Positions 45,561 to 55,059 of a stretch of DNA of 64,000 nt are shown in pieces. The notes beneath the pieces were generated by a model that saw only the letters and a program-made list of their open reading frames with translations, searched no databases and was not told where the DNA came from. Made by a program: the position numbers and the translations under genes. Source of the DNA: a virus; IMG/VR virus record IMGVR_UViG_3300032360_000001, positions 1 to 64,000 of that record, one strand, 5' to 3'. Position 1 is the stretch's first letter, and each line of letters opens with the position of its first letter.

Positions 45561-46475
45561 TTATTGTAGATCCTGATTTCTATTTGCTTTTCGAGGGTAC
45601 CTAGGTTTTGTAACCTCAAAGTCAATTACACCATTAAAGACATCCGGGTTTAAATTATTTACCTTAACGTTCACATCTCTAGAAAATTTGGAAATTCCTA
45701 CGTTTTCTATGAAAATGTAACTGTTTTCTTCATAACTCGCTTTCTTCCCGGTATAGCTCCAAGGCACGCCGCTTTTATAGTCGCCAAGAGTGTTGTAAGG
45801 CATATCCCCTGTACCAAACAACGTAAAAAATGTTCTTACTTTGTCCCTCATTATGGAACAAACCGCATCTAAGTTAAATTGATTATCAGCCAAGACTACC
45901 GCCCTTAGGTTTATGGTTGTCATGTCGTACCCACCAAATGCTAATGGCTCGCTGTGGGAGCCGTTATATCTTAAGAAAATAGCTGGATAGGTTATCGCGT
46001 TAGGAGCCAAGCCTGTTTGTATTTCTGCGGTTCTAGGCCTTAGGTTGAACTTCGTCTCAAAAAGCAATTTTTCTTCTGGCTCGTTAGTTAGATATACATT
46101 AAAATCTTTTACGGCATAATCACCACTTATCCTCGTCTCGGGGGATGTTATTTGTGTTCCAAAATAAACTTGTCCCTGCTCGTAATTTATGCCGCTAAAA
46201 TTATTTGTTCCTGTTCCTATAAGGGAACCATCTAGGTAGATTCCTGTAGGAATCTGCACTGTCGTGTTGGCAAATGCCGCGCCGGTTCCTGTTATAGAAA
46301 AATCACTCACAAACTGTTTGAACGGAGCGCCATATGTATACAGGTTATTATGCAGACTCTGCACGGGATAAAACCAACTAGAGGTATCTGTAAATGCTTC
46401 ACCTTCTCTAAGCAGCGTGTGGTCAAACCACAGCAAGAAGCTGGACATCACTCTATTGTCAAATTGTGCTTTCAT
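45561..46475 (-). CDS. Putative tail terminator/completion protein
   Basis: Directly upstream of the tube gene; YPAIFL...LAFGG...INLRAVVLAD pattern; call rests mainly on synteny. Confidence 0.55.
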   Translation of the reverse strand: MKAQFDNRVMSSFLLWFDHTLLREGEAFTDTSSWFYPVQSLHNNLYTYGAPFKQFVSDFSITGTGAAFANTTVQIPTGIYLDGSLIGTGTNNFSGINYEQGQVYFGTQITSPETRISGDYAVKDFNVYLTNEPEEKLLFETKFNLRPRTAEIQTGLAPNAITYPAIFLRYNGSHSEPLAFGGYDMTTINLRAVVLADNQFNLDAVCSIMRDKVRTFFTLFGTGDMPYNTLGDYKSGVPWSYTGKKASYEENSYIFIENVGISKFSRDVNVKVNNLNPDVFNGVIDFEVTKPRYPRKANRNQDLQ

Positions 46476-47063
46476 TTATCTTCTAAAATTTAAAAAGAAC
46501 GTTCTCAGTAACGAGCTTACGTATTTAGTGGGCCTATAGGCTCCTCCCCTGTATGATGTTTTTGCCTGTAAACCTCCTCCTGACCTACTTCCGATTGCCC
46601 CCATCAGCGCTAAATAGTTTCCCAACCCGCTCATTCCTCTCTCTACGCCCCTTACCCAACTTTTCCCAAGCCAGCTTAGATATGTCGCCGCTTCAATTTC
46701 TTCGATAGTTGGGCCAGTTACTCTAAATTGAAAGTCTACCCCGGTATTCCTTTTAACTATCTTTGGCGACATAATATTGATTCGGTAACTATTTAGCATC
46801 TCTCTTAGCGTAGCCATTGGATTTGTTCCTTCTTGAAAACCTATGAAGCTAAATAGATTTCCTACCCCTCCAAGCGTACCAGAGATGTTTCCTCCCCCGG
46901 CTCCGCCTTCTAACTCTTGAGTAATTGAGTGGCTTTCGAATTCAGTTATCATCTCGCTCTTTGACCGGTTGAACTTTCTTTTAGCTTCCATTTTAACCCT
47001 TTCAGGAACCTTATTCAAGTTCTTTATGATCCTTCTTTTGACTTTTATTGGGTTTATTCTCAT
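46476..47063 (-). CDS. Putative neck/tail completion protein (HK97 gp10-like position)
   Basis: Basic, Gly-rich 195-aa ORF between the stopper-like and terminator-like genes. Confidence 0.5.
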   Translation of the reverse strand: MRINPIKVKRRIIKNLNKVPERVKMEAKRKFNRSKSEMITEFESHSITQELEGGAGGGNISGTLGGVGNLFSFIGFQEGTNPMATLREMLNSYRINIMSPKIVKRNTGVDFQFRVTGPTIEEIEAATYLSWLGKSWVRGVERGMSGLGNYLALMGAIGSRSGGGLQAKTSYRGGAYRPTKYVSSLLRTFFLNFRR

Positions 47064-47503
47064 TATGCGGTAAATTGTAGATGGAAAACATAGAGCTTTA
47101 TTCCGAAAAAATACTTCACAGATTCTTCAGTCATTAGCTGAAAGTCTTTTCCGTCTATCGTAATCTTTTCTGTTTTCCCATCTTTTATGTAGTCTTTTGT
47201 TTCTTCGTCAACTTTTACTCTTACGTCTCCAGCGAAATAGGTTAAGTTAACGTTTTCCATTTCGTCTGCGTCCTGCCTGTCTTTGTATAGAACCATACAA
47301 TCAAAATCTTGGGACACCGGAGAATATGTATAGTTAACCTGATCAGCTGGCTCGCCGTAGCCATGCAGAAAATCAGTGTTGATTTGTTTTATTATCCTTT
47401 TAGGAGCCTTGTGCACCGTGATCGACCTCTTGAAAGTATCAAACAGGTTCTGGAAGTCGCCGGTAAACGAATCAATCTCCGTAGCTGAAACTAAACTCGC
47501 CAT
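47063..47503 (-). CDS. Putative head-closure (stopper) protein
   Basis: 146 aa, beta-rich (GDVRVKV...KITIDGKDFQL); synteny. Confidence 0.55.
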   Translation of the reverse strand: MASLVSATEIDSFTGDFQNLFDTFKRSITVHKAPKRIIKQINTDFLHGYGEPADQVNYTYSPVSQDFDCMVLYKDRQDADEMENVNLTYFAGDVRVKVDEETKDYIKDGKTEKITIDGKDFQLMTEESVKYFFGIKLYVFHLQFTA

Positions 47504-47505
47504 AA

Positions 47506-48015
47506 TTAGTATTTCCTAATTCTCGTATATTCTCTATTCGGAAGTACATGTGATGACTGATCATCGTCCCCTGCCACCTGCAATGGTTGCACGTCGTTTA
47601 GCTTGTATTGCCCCACCATGCGCTCCAATTCCGCTTGACTTGAGGATCGTATGCCTGCGTAGAGTTTTGCTTGTTCGTTTTTGTTAATTTTTCTAATTGA
47701 TGACCCGTCTGAAGACAAAGCGATAACCGCATCTGAGGTTGCTGCGGATAATACGCTCCTCAGCTTGTTGTCGTAATAGTGTATTTGATACATTTTTTTG
47801 AGTATGCCCCCCTCATTAATACCTATTACGGTTGCTGTGCCATTAATGTCCCTCTCTATTTCATAAGAGGACTGATTGATTGCATAGCTAGTATTCAGAT
47901 AGTTATTCAACGCGCCGATGTTTGTACGTACCCAAAATGATATGGCGGCTATGCCTAGGTCTGTCGGGCTTCCTAATTCTCTGTGGATTTGGTCTGCAAT
48001 GTCAACGGCTTTCAT
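47506..48015 (-). CDS. Putative head-tail adaptor
   Basis: Helical ~169-aa ORF with SSDGSSIRKINK; synteny. ATG at 48015 preferred to the TTG at 48018. Confidence 0.55.
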   Translation of the reverse strand: MKAVDIADQIHRELGSPTDLGIAAISFWVRTNIGALNNYLNTSYAINQSSYEIERDINGTATVIGINEGGILKKMYQIHYYDNKLRSVLSAATSDAVIALSSDGSSIRKINKNEQAKLYAGIRSSSQAELERMVGQYKLNDVQPLQVAGDDDQSSHVLPNREYTRIRKY

Positions 48016-48024
48016 CAATTAACA

Positions 48025-48030
48025 TTACAC
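48025..48030 (-). promoter_or_regulatory. GTGTAA putative late-promoter motif
   Basis: TTTCCGGTGTAAT about 10 nt before the adaptor ATG; same TTTCC(A/G)GTGTAAT context as at 10398-10410. Confidence 0.55.
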
Positions 48031-48040
48031 CGGAAAGAGC

Positions 48041-48292
48041 TCAACTAATCCATTGTTCTGTAAAATATGGAAATTTACCGTCAGAAACCCTTCTCCCGGG
48101 CTGATCGTACCTTATTGAACCCAGTCTGTCTATGTCCAACCTTCTTGTTCTAGCCCTGACATCTCTCTGCAAGGGCCACCCGGGGTGTATTAGTTCCCCC
48201 CCACGAGCAGAGCAGATCTTTTTGCCGGGGTCACCATCCCATTCCACCGTACAGTTAGTTTTGAGTAGGTTTACGCTGTCATAGTAGGGCAT
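48041..48292 (-). CDS. Hypothetical protein, 83 aa
   Basis: Fills the gap exactly; GTGTAAATA at 48306-48298 upstream. Confidence 0.6.
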   Translation of the reverse strand: MPYYDSVNLLKTNCTVEWDGDPGKKICSARGGELIHPGWPLQRDVRARTRRLDIDRLGSIRYDQPGRRVSDGKFPYFTEQWIS

Positions 48293-48306
48293 GCTCTTAT
48301 TTACAC

Positions 48307-49056
48307 CTATTCATAACCAAAAATTTCGAAATCTCTTTTATATATGGATTTAACCATGTCTCTTGTTTTTTTGTTATAGTAAGTAGTATATATTTCATGC
48401 TTGGTAGCGTTTACCTTTTTGAACAGGAGCTCTTCATCGTATTCTACTTTTAGATTATCCAATAGCGTAGCCAAGTCCGTGGAGAAGTCTTCAAATCTAC
48501 CTAGAAAATCTACCATTAATTTGCCCCTGCTGTTGCAAATGAATTTATATTGGGGCTTGTAGAATGGCGAATTCAAAAACCAGTCGAGAGACATGTAATT
48601 TTCTACAGCACCACGGATATCCGGCTCTCCTCTTTTTTTATATAGAAACCCAACAAAGTCCTCAAACCTAGAAAAATATTTATATCCCAGCCAAAAATAT
48701 ACAGAAACAACCCTGTCAAGTGGGTTTCTAACAAAAGCAAATTTATAACATCTGTTGAATAAGGCTTTATCCACCTGCCCGAACTCTAGTATCTGTCTGT
48801 ATGTTAGGTGCTGCAGTTCGTAGAGGGATCTGCGTGATTGCCCCTCTCTGTGTTTCATAATAACGAGTGCTCCGCTGGAGTCATACCAATGTCCGTTTCC
48901 ACGCCGATCCTCTATCTGCACGAATCCGAATAATTTTTCAATTGCCATCCTTGGGTCATCCCCGCCAAACTTCATGCCGAGTATATTCTCCACTTTTGAT
49001 CCGCCGGTTTTAGGGACATGAATAAAGAGGAGTTCCTTTTCTCTATTAATTGGCAT
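48307..49056 (-). CDS. Carbohydrate sulfotransferase (Sulfotransfer_2 family)
   Basis: PAPS-binding motifs FIHVPKTGGS and FAFVRNPLDRVVS; DFLGRFEDF; terminal YKRDFEIFGY. Confidence 0.9.
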   Translation of the reverse strand: MPINREKELLFIHVPKTGGSKVENILGMKFGGDDPRMAIEKLFGFVQIEDRRGNGHWYDSSGALVIMKHREGQSRRSLYELQHLTYRQILEFGQVDKALFNRCYKFAFVRNPLDRVVSVYFWLGYKYFSRFEDFVGFLYKKRGEPDIRGAVENYMSLDWFLNSPFYKPQYKFICNSRGKLMVDFLGRFEDFSTDLATLLDNLKVEYDEELLFKKVNATKHEIYTTYYNKKTRDMVKSIYKRDFEIFGYE

Positions 49057-49059
49057 ATC

Positions 49060-50172
49060 TTAGTAACCTATATCCCAGTCGATTGTCTTGATTCTTTCTC
49101 TATCCCAGCCACGTATGTCGTCTAGGTAATCGTTCATGTTCCAGCCATTAGAAATATTAGCGATAGGGATGTTTGCTATCGTTTCTTTTTTGTGCTCGAG
49201 CCCATATCCATTAAGCCAACTCTTAAATCCTGAATGATTTAAAAACTTGTTAAGGCCATTATTTTGATCGACGCAAAGGCACGCAGCGTGACGCAAGTCG
49301 ATATTACATATATCTACGTTAGTCGGGTCGTCTTCGTCCAGCCAACATTGGTGGTAATCTTTACCAAGTATATCTTTTAGTAGCCATATGTCGTGGTTTT
49401 CAAACGAGCAATACCTTCTCCATTCTTGTTTAAAGTTGTTTTGGTCGCTTGGCAATATCATACCGCACCCATTATCCGCTCTTACGTCGAAACGTTGGGT
49501 TATGTGCCATGATTCTTCTTCGGAAATTATATCCCTAATTTTATGTTTGTTGCTGGTTTCTGTGTAAGATTCAAAATTGTGAATGTCTCTATTAATAATA
49601 TGGACTAATTCCTTGAACCTGTTAACAGGAGCTTCTAGCGGGACTTTAGCTAGGCTACCCTTGGGAGCAAATAAATCACAGAACCAGTCTCGATCAGATT
49701 CTTTCGCCTCAACCAAATGTTCGTGTTCACATTCAAGTGGGAATTTCCACATGACGCTACGCAAGAATCCTTTACCATGTTGTTCGGGGTCTCGATCCTT
49801 ATCACAAGCCACATACTTCATTTCAGACGTAGTAAAACAACGATGGATAAGATTGCATTCTGGTTGCTGCATCTCGACAAAAGCGTGGGGCTTAGGAAAA
49901 TCTAAACCAAATTCAGTTTTTAGATTTGCTATGGCCTCATTGATATTGTTAACGAGCTCCTGCTTTCTTGCTAAAATCTTTTCTGCGGGCCAATTTTCTT
50001 TGTCATATGTTAAGGGGGTGTGTCTCCAGTACCCAGTTTTGGTGTCCGCTAATTTCTTACCATACTTTTTTTGTTCTTGAAATAATTCGCAGAATGCTTC
50101 GGTAAAATCATTTTCAATTATGTTCGCTTCCAATTCGGACCCGTTATTAAATTTCATGTACAGTTTCTTCAT
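49060..50172 (-). CDS. Hypothetical protein, 370 aa
   Basis: Long ORF tightly packed in the operon; no recognised motif. Confidence 0.75.
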   Translation of the reverse strand: MKKLYMKFNNGSELEANIIENDFTEAFCELFQEQKKYGKKLADTKTGYWRHTPLTYDKENWPAEKILARKQELVNNINEAIANLKTEFGLDFPKPHAFVEMQQPECNLIHRCFTTSEMKYVACDKDRDPEQHGKGFLRSVMWKFPLECEHEHLVEAKESDRDWFCDLFAPKGSLAKVPLEAPVNRFKELVHIINRDIHNFESYTETSNKHKIRDIISEEESWHITQRFDVRADNGCGMILPSDQNNFKQEWRRYCSFENHDIWLLKDILGKDYHQCWLDEDDPTNVDICNIDLRHAACLCVDQNNGLNKFLNHSGFKSWLNGYGLEHKKETIANIPIANISNGWNMNDYLDDIRGWDRERIKTIDWDIGY

Positions 50173-50174
50173 AG

Positions 50175-50894
50175 TTAAAATGCATATTTGAATCTATCAA
50201 TATCCTCTTCGTAGTGTTTTCCTACATCGTCTATCAATTTTTGATTAGTATAAAAGTCTTTGTAGGTTTTGCCGCTTTTAGCTAACTGTTTTTGTTCCCA
50301 TGGAACCTCGTCAATGGGAGCTCCGATAATACCCGCTACGTGCTTCAAATCTTTTTCGAATGTTTCCAATCTACCAATAAAATCATAGTCAGATATACGC
50401 GTCTTTCTTTTTTTATCTTCAAGTTCAAATAAGCGTATTAGACGACATTGGCTCATCCAGTGACAATTTGTTTTAGCATGTTGCTCCTCAATGTTAATAA
50501 CAAAGTCAGCGAAAGCGTCAAAAGTTGGAGGGTCTTCTCTCGAAGAGATAAGCTCAGTCATTTGCGGTATAGTTAATCTCTTTTCGTTAGCCCATTTCTT
50601 GTTTTGCCGCACTGCCCCGGGGTAGCCAGCGTTGGTTGATTCAAGATATTTAAGAAACTCGTAGTAACCAGAGACCAGTCGAGACCATGGGTTTCTCACA
50701 AAACTAAATATATAATAATCTTTTGGAATGATTCCGCTGCGCTTCTCCCACTCATTGCGGAGTGTACTCCCGCCGGAGTCATGCCACTTAATTGGCTGCA
50801 CATCGAGAAGATCTGCGAAATAATGACACACCGACGTTGAACCGCTCTTAGGGACGTGTTGATACCCACACTTATATTCGTCAATTATTATCAC
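50175..50894 (-). CDS. Carbohydrate sulfotransferase (Sulfotransfer_2 family), second copy
   Basis: HVPKSGSTS, FSFVRNPWSRLVSGY, HWMSQ, YDFIGRLETF, YEEDIDRFKY. Confidence 0.9.
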   Translation of the reverse strand: MIIIDEYKCGYQHVPKSGSTSVCHYFADLLDVQPIKWHDSGGSTLRNEWEKRSGIIPKDYYIFSFVRNPWSRLVSGYYEFLKYLESTNAGYPGAVRQNKKWANEKRLTIPQMTELISSREDPPTFDAFADFVINIEEQHAKTNCHWMSQCRLIRLFELEDKKRKTRISDYDFIGRLETFEKDLKHVAGIIGAPIDEVPWEQKQLAKSGKTYKDFYTNQKLIDDVGKHYEEDIDRFKYAF

Positions 50895-51945
50895 GCTTAT
50901 ACTCTGTTAAATTTCCAAGATCCACGATAGGATCGTTAAAAATTGGATTTTGTAAAATTTTAATAAACTCATTAAATTCCGGGTGATTCTTTCGCCAAAC
51001 CGCTTCTTTTTTAAAGCCTCTTTTACTGAAGGCTCCCCAGTTTATTATACGTGAAAAATATACGCTGTCTACTTTATATTTTTTTCCTATTTCTACAACC
51101 AAAGGCATTTCTTTGTAGTTGCCTACTTGCGTAACGACATCCAGCCTTAATTTTTTAACTTTGTTTTGCTGCCTTAGTTCAGAAATGAATTCTAGATTGC
51201 GATGTAATTGGTCCCAATCTCCCCCACGCCTGATAACATCATAAGTTTCCTTTGTTCCCGCGTCAATTGAGATAATGACGGTATTGATGTTGTTCTGAAT
51301 TTTTTTCATTTTATCCCAGTATTTGGGGGTAAACATCACGCCATTAGTTTGAAGATTGAAAAAGACCCTAGGGAATTTCGCGCCATCTATATTAAATAAT
51401 AATTCTCTAAATAGCTTTGAGCCAAATGGGTCACCCGAGCCAGTCACGTTAACCAAGCAATACTCATTATGAGGTTTACCAAATACTTCTTTTATAATTT
51501 CATTTTGAATTTCTAAGCTCTTTTCGTATGCGGAGCCGCAAGTATTACTGATTTTATCTGTTCTGCAACTGGGGCAACTCAAATTACAAGAGTAATCATA
51601 ACACAAATTATAAAATTTAGGCCTTAGGTCGTCTATAATTTTATTGTCAACGATTTCCTTGAAGCGGGGCTCAACTTTTTCTTTTTCGGGTAGGGAATCG
51701 TTTTGTATGAGCGGGCACAGGCCCCAGTTGCAATACTTAAAACTTCCGTCATGAATGCTTGTTCTTATTTTTTTTGCTACGTCTGAATTAAACACTTCCT
51801 TAACGGAGTTGTTCTTATCTATCTTACCGGCGTGGTGAGGCAGCCATGAGAAGCAGCAAAGCGAAACCTTGCCATCGGGGGCAACCTCGAAATGCTCAAA
51901 CGGCTTAGAACAGAACTTATTCTTTAAGCTGCGCATGCCATTCAT
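50881..51945 (-). CDS. Radical SAM protein with N-terminal SPASM/twitch-like Cys cluster
   Basis: CNLSCPSC (CxxxCxxC), GSGDPF, LQTNG, ISIDAGTKETY; N-terminal CSKPF...LCC...CNWGLCP. Confidence 0.88.
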   Translation of the reverse strand: MNGMRSLKNKFCSKPFEHFEVAPDGKVSLCCFSWLPHHAGKIDKNNSVKEVFNSDVAKKIRTSIHDGSFKYCNWGLCPLIQNDSLPEKEKVEPRFKEIVDNKIIDDLRPKFYNLCYDYSCNLSCPSCRTDKISNTCGSAYEKSLEIQNEIIKEVFGKPHNEYCLVNVTGSGDPFGSKLFRELLFNIDGAKFPRVFFNLQTNGVMFTPKYWDKMKKIQNNINTVIISIDAGTKETYDVIRRGGDWDQLHRNLEFISELRQQNKVKKLRLDVVTQVGNYKEMPLVVEIGKKYKVDSVYFSRIINWGAFSKRGFKKEAVWRKNHPEFNEFIKILQNPIFNDPIVDLGNLTEYKRDNN

Positions 51946-52783
51946 GAATCTCTTTTATGTTCGGGATCTTTTCGTAGTGATTTTTTTGGTGTTGTTTCGT
52001 TTCGGGGCTTAATGCGCTTGTAATTATTTCATTGTCTATATACTCCAGCCCAATAAATTCTAGTACGTTTTTGAAAAAGCTTACGCGTTCTTCTAACCCA
52101 ATAGAGGGCCCGAGAAAGTCTTCATAACACACATCAAGATATTCAAGGCTTTTGAACTCCAAATAGGTTGGATATGTTTCACTTAGTCTGCTCATCTTTT
52201 CATACTCCGCCCCGACCCAATTCATTGGGATCGGTTCGTATTCGGTAGAGTCAACTACTTTTCTGTTATCTTTGTCAAGGGCGTGCCATATTCCTTCCTG
52301 CTTAGCTGCCCCTTTTGAGAGTATGATATCAAGAATACCCTTCCTATGTGCGTATAATATTTTTATATCATGATCCGCCGCGTAATCAAGTATAATTTTA
52401 TTATTCTGTATTGAAATTACATCATGTAAGTGCTTTATACCATGAAATTTTGCATAGAATTCATCAAGTAGTTTATATATTTGGCCCGCGGTTAATTTTC
52501 TGATTACGGTTACTCCACCTTTTTTATCAAGGACGAGTTTATGTAGCAGGCCAGCTTTTTCGAAGCAGCGCGCTATGCTATGACCGTCTTGCTTGTTTAA
52601 ACGGGGCTTTCTTAGGGGGTTATTCAATGGCTCATCTATAAAAAGGCTATTTGCTAAGTGTTGGCTGCTGCCCGGATCGGGAGGCGCTGCCCGATTACAG
52701 TTAAGGAGCATGGTATTTCTAATGCAATGGGAAAGTGTCGTTGTTCCCGTTCTAGCACCACCGAATATCAATACTTTGTTCAT
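51917..52783 (-). CDS. Sulfotransferase (Stf0/NodH-like)
   Basis: GGARTGTTTL 5'-PSB loop, EPLN, HRKGILDIILSKGAAKQEGIWH, VCYEDF. Confidence 0.8.
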   Translation of the reverse strand: MNKVLIFGGARTGTTTLSHCIRNTMLLNCNRAAPPDPGSSQHLANSLFIDEPLNNPLRKPRLNKQDGHSIARCFEKAGLLHKLVLDKKGGVTVIRKLTAGQIYKLLDEFYAKFHGIKHLHDVISIQNNKIILDYAADHDIKILYAHRKGILDIILSKGAAKQEGIWHALDKDNRKVVDSTEYEPIPMNWVGAEYEKMSRLSETYPTYLEFKSLEYLDVCYEDFLGPSIGLEERVSFFKNVLEFIGLEYIDNEIITSALSPETKQHQKNHYEKIPNIKEIHEWHAQLKE

Positions 52784-55059
52784 AGGCTTTTGTATATCTC
52801 ACTTTCTTCGAAGGTCGCCCTAAAATGTTCTTGAGATATTTTTTTTCTGATCTCGCAATTTTTAAGGTATTTATGAGTTTCCCCAACAAGATCTAAATTC
52901 TCTGCTTTTCTCGCGCACTCCTCTAATGAATCATAATATAATGGATAATCCTTACCTAGGTATTCCATCACCGCAGGCAATGGATTAACAAGGAGCGGCG
53001 TTGCCCGCGCAATGCACTCTATCACTGCATTATTTGCGCTAGAATCATAAAGATCTAAAAAAACTATATTTTCAGAAAGAAGTATATCATAGTCCTCGTT
53101 GGAGAGGGAGCTACTTGTCTCCGTGTTGTCTATGTATTTTTGTTCTATTTCTATCTTATATATACCTTTTTCTTTCTGCAGCATCCCGTTTATTACCTCA
53201 AGCGGCCTAGCGGAAGAATAGGGTATCAACCTAAGCTTGGTGTATTGATTGCCTTGCGCGATTGGCACCGAATAAATGGAGTTCAGTTTCCTTAACCAAT
53301 AACCAATGTTTACTATTCGTTTGTTTTTATTTTTTAAAAATTTATCATAGTCGAAAAGAGTTTCGGGTATTTCTGTTGGATGAATGAGTGAGCATACCGT
53401 TTTTCCCGTCGTTTCCCTTAGGTACTTTGCGTGGTACTCTGATAACGTGAACAACCCCGCACAATGCTCTAGGCTTTCTTGGAACTCGTCTCCCGCGATA
53501 ATGTTCTGCAAGGAATACTTGTTGAAAAACCAAGGGGGCATGTTTTGTGGGTTATGGAAAAATCCGATCCAAGGAATCTTGTAGGGTATAACTTTTTTTT
53601 CTCTCCTGTGTTCTTCTAAGTGCCAAGCGAAATTATTCTCCAAGAAGCCGTCCAACAGAACTCCATTTTTATTGTGCAAAGAAGTTAACGCGCCCACGGC
53701 GTATCTCCAGCCGCTCCTATGGGAATCGAAAACGGTTTGTAAGCCTAAGTTTATTTTCCCCTTGGGGTTTGACGCTCCGAACTTAAAGTTCTCCTGTCTC
53801 CCTCCCCACCCACTATCTATTTGCTTTATGAATTCTAATATTTCTTTGTGTTTTTTGTTTTCGCTATTGGTTAGAAATTTAATGGTTTTTGATTTTAACC
53901 TTTTGTTTTCGACGTTAAGCCTCGCGTGTTTTTGTAAATTTTGATTTTCTACCGCGTGCACATGGATACTCTTGGGCTGAATTTTCGAGCTAAAGCTTTT
54001 TCTCCAAAACCCTATATTATGAAGCTTGTCAAAAAGCCCGACGTCGAACTTTTCACATATCTGATTCATGCATTCTTGTTCAAAAAAATCAGAATTATTT
54101 ATATAAGCATCTTTCCAGAAATTTGGTAAATCCGAGTCCGCACAGAACACGTATCCCGCGTTAAAGAACCCATAGTCAATAGAGTTGCCCGCGTCAGACG
54201 AACCCGCCTTATGATAGTGTGGAGACAGAAAAATATCTTTATCAAATTTCTCCTGAAGGGAATCTAGCACAATCATATCACTGTCCAAAAAGAATACATT
54301 ATCATGATTCTCTAGCGCGTAACTCATGCAATCCATTTTTTTTATAATACATTCTGGGCGATGGTAATCATTTTTTCTTTCGAAATTATATTTCTCATTT
54401 ATAGAGTCTAGAGTTTTTTGTTCCATTTCGGCCCTAAAGAAAACATTACCCAAGTCCAAATTTAGACAAGATAGGAAGTACTCGGTTTCTTTATCGCAGA
54501 CAACATATATAGGCTCATCATGGAACCCCCTTAAGCTTTTGATTAAAATCGCCGACTCTTCTTTCACTTCTTTCGTTGCCACGAAGCAAAAGCTTTGTAT
54601 CTTGTGGTCAATTTCCGAGGAGCCTTTCCCTTCAAAAATTAACTTGTATGGATATTCCTTTTCGTAGATATCCGCTATCTTGTCTATAGCTTTATAAGCA
54701 GACGTTTCGTCTTCGGAATGTTTAAGCTTTATTGGGAAAAGCGTACTTGCAGAAGTGGTGTGCCGCTTTATTGTTTCGAAAGCCTCTCGGTCTTCTGAGT
54801 AGTCTGCGACAAAGAAAATCCATTTTTTACCAAGCATTTGTTCTTCTATGTCGTTCAGAAGTTCCGTGGTCTCTTCCGCGTTGCTTGCTGTATATAGACA
54901 GACCCTAAACTTGTCCGTTAAGTGTGATTTCTCGGTTTTGTTTAAAATAGATTCAAAAATTTTTGAATTTTTGGGTCCAAGTGTGCCGTCGCTTAGTCTG
55001 CGTAAGCCAATCTTCACCTCCCCTAGGGTTAGCGTGTCTGCTGTCTCTAGAGAGTCCAT
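52780..55059 (-). CDS. Multidomain glycosyltransferase (GT-A DxD domain + GT-B-like C-terminal domain)
   Basis: FFLDSDMIV...YGFFNAGYVF...FFEQ is GT-A/GT8-like; C-terminal HRSGW...WIGFFHNP...DSSANNAVIECIARATPLLVN...EYLG resembles a GT-B nucleotide-sugar-binding region. Confidence 0.8.
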   Translation of the reverse strand: MDSLETADTLTLGEVKIGLRRLSDGTLGPKNSKIFESILNKTEKSHLTDKFRVCLYTASNAEETTELLNDIEEQMLGKKWIFFVADYSEDREAFETIKRHTTSASTLFPIKLKHSEDETSAYKAIDKIADIYEKEYPYKLIFEGKGSSEIDHKIQSFCFVATKEVKEESAILIKSLRGFHDEPIYVVCDKETEYFLSCLNLDLGNVFFRAEMEQKTLDSINEKYNFERKNDYHRPECIIKKMDCMSYALENHDNVFFLDSDMIVLDSLQEKFDKDIFLSPHYHKAGSSDAGNSIDYGFFNAGYVFCADSDLPNFWKDAYINNSDFFEQECMNQICEKFDVGLFDKLHNIGFWRKSFSSKIQPKSIHVHAVENQNLQKHARLNVENKRLKSKTIKFLTNSENKKHKEILEFIKQIDSGWGGRQENFKFGASNPKGKINLGLQTVFDSHRSGWRYAVGALTSLHNKNGVLLDGFLENNFAWHLEEHRREKKVIPYKIPWIGFFHNPQNMPPWFFNKYSLQNIIAGDEFQESLEHCAGLFTLSEYHAKYLRETTGKTVCSLIHPTEIPETLFDYDKFLKNKNKRIVNIGYWLRKLNSIYSVPIAQGNQYTKLRLIPYSSARPLEVINGMLQKEKGIYKIEIEQKYIDNTETSSSLSNEDYDILLSENIVFLDLYDSSANNAVIECIARATPLLVNPLPAVMEYLGKDYPLYYDSLEECARKAENLDLVGETHKYLKNCEIRKKISQEHFRATFEESEIYKSL

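Noticed and set aside
44194-47503. Contractile tail or eCIS/tailocin interpretation
   Set aside because: No sheath or baseplate wedge genes recognised; the lambda-like M-L-K-I-J block and head-tail joining genes point to a non-contractile phage tail.
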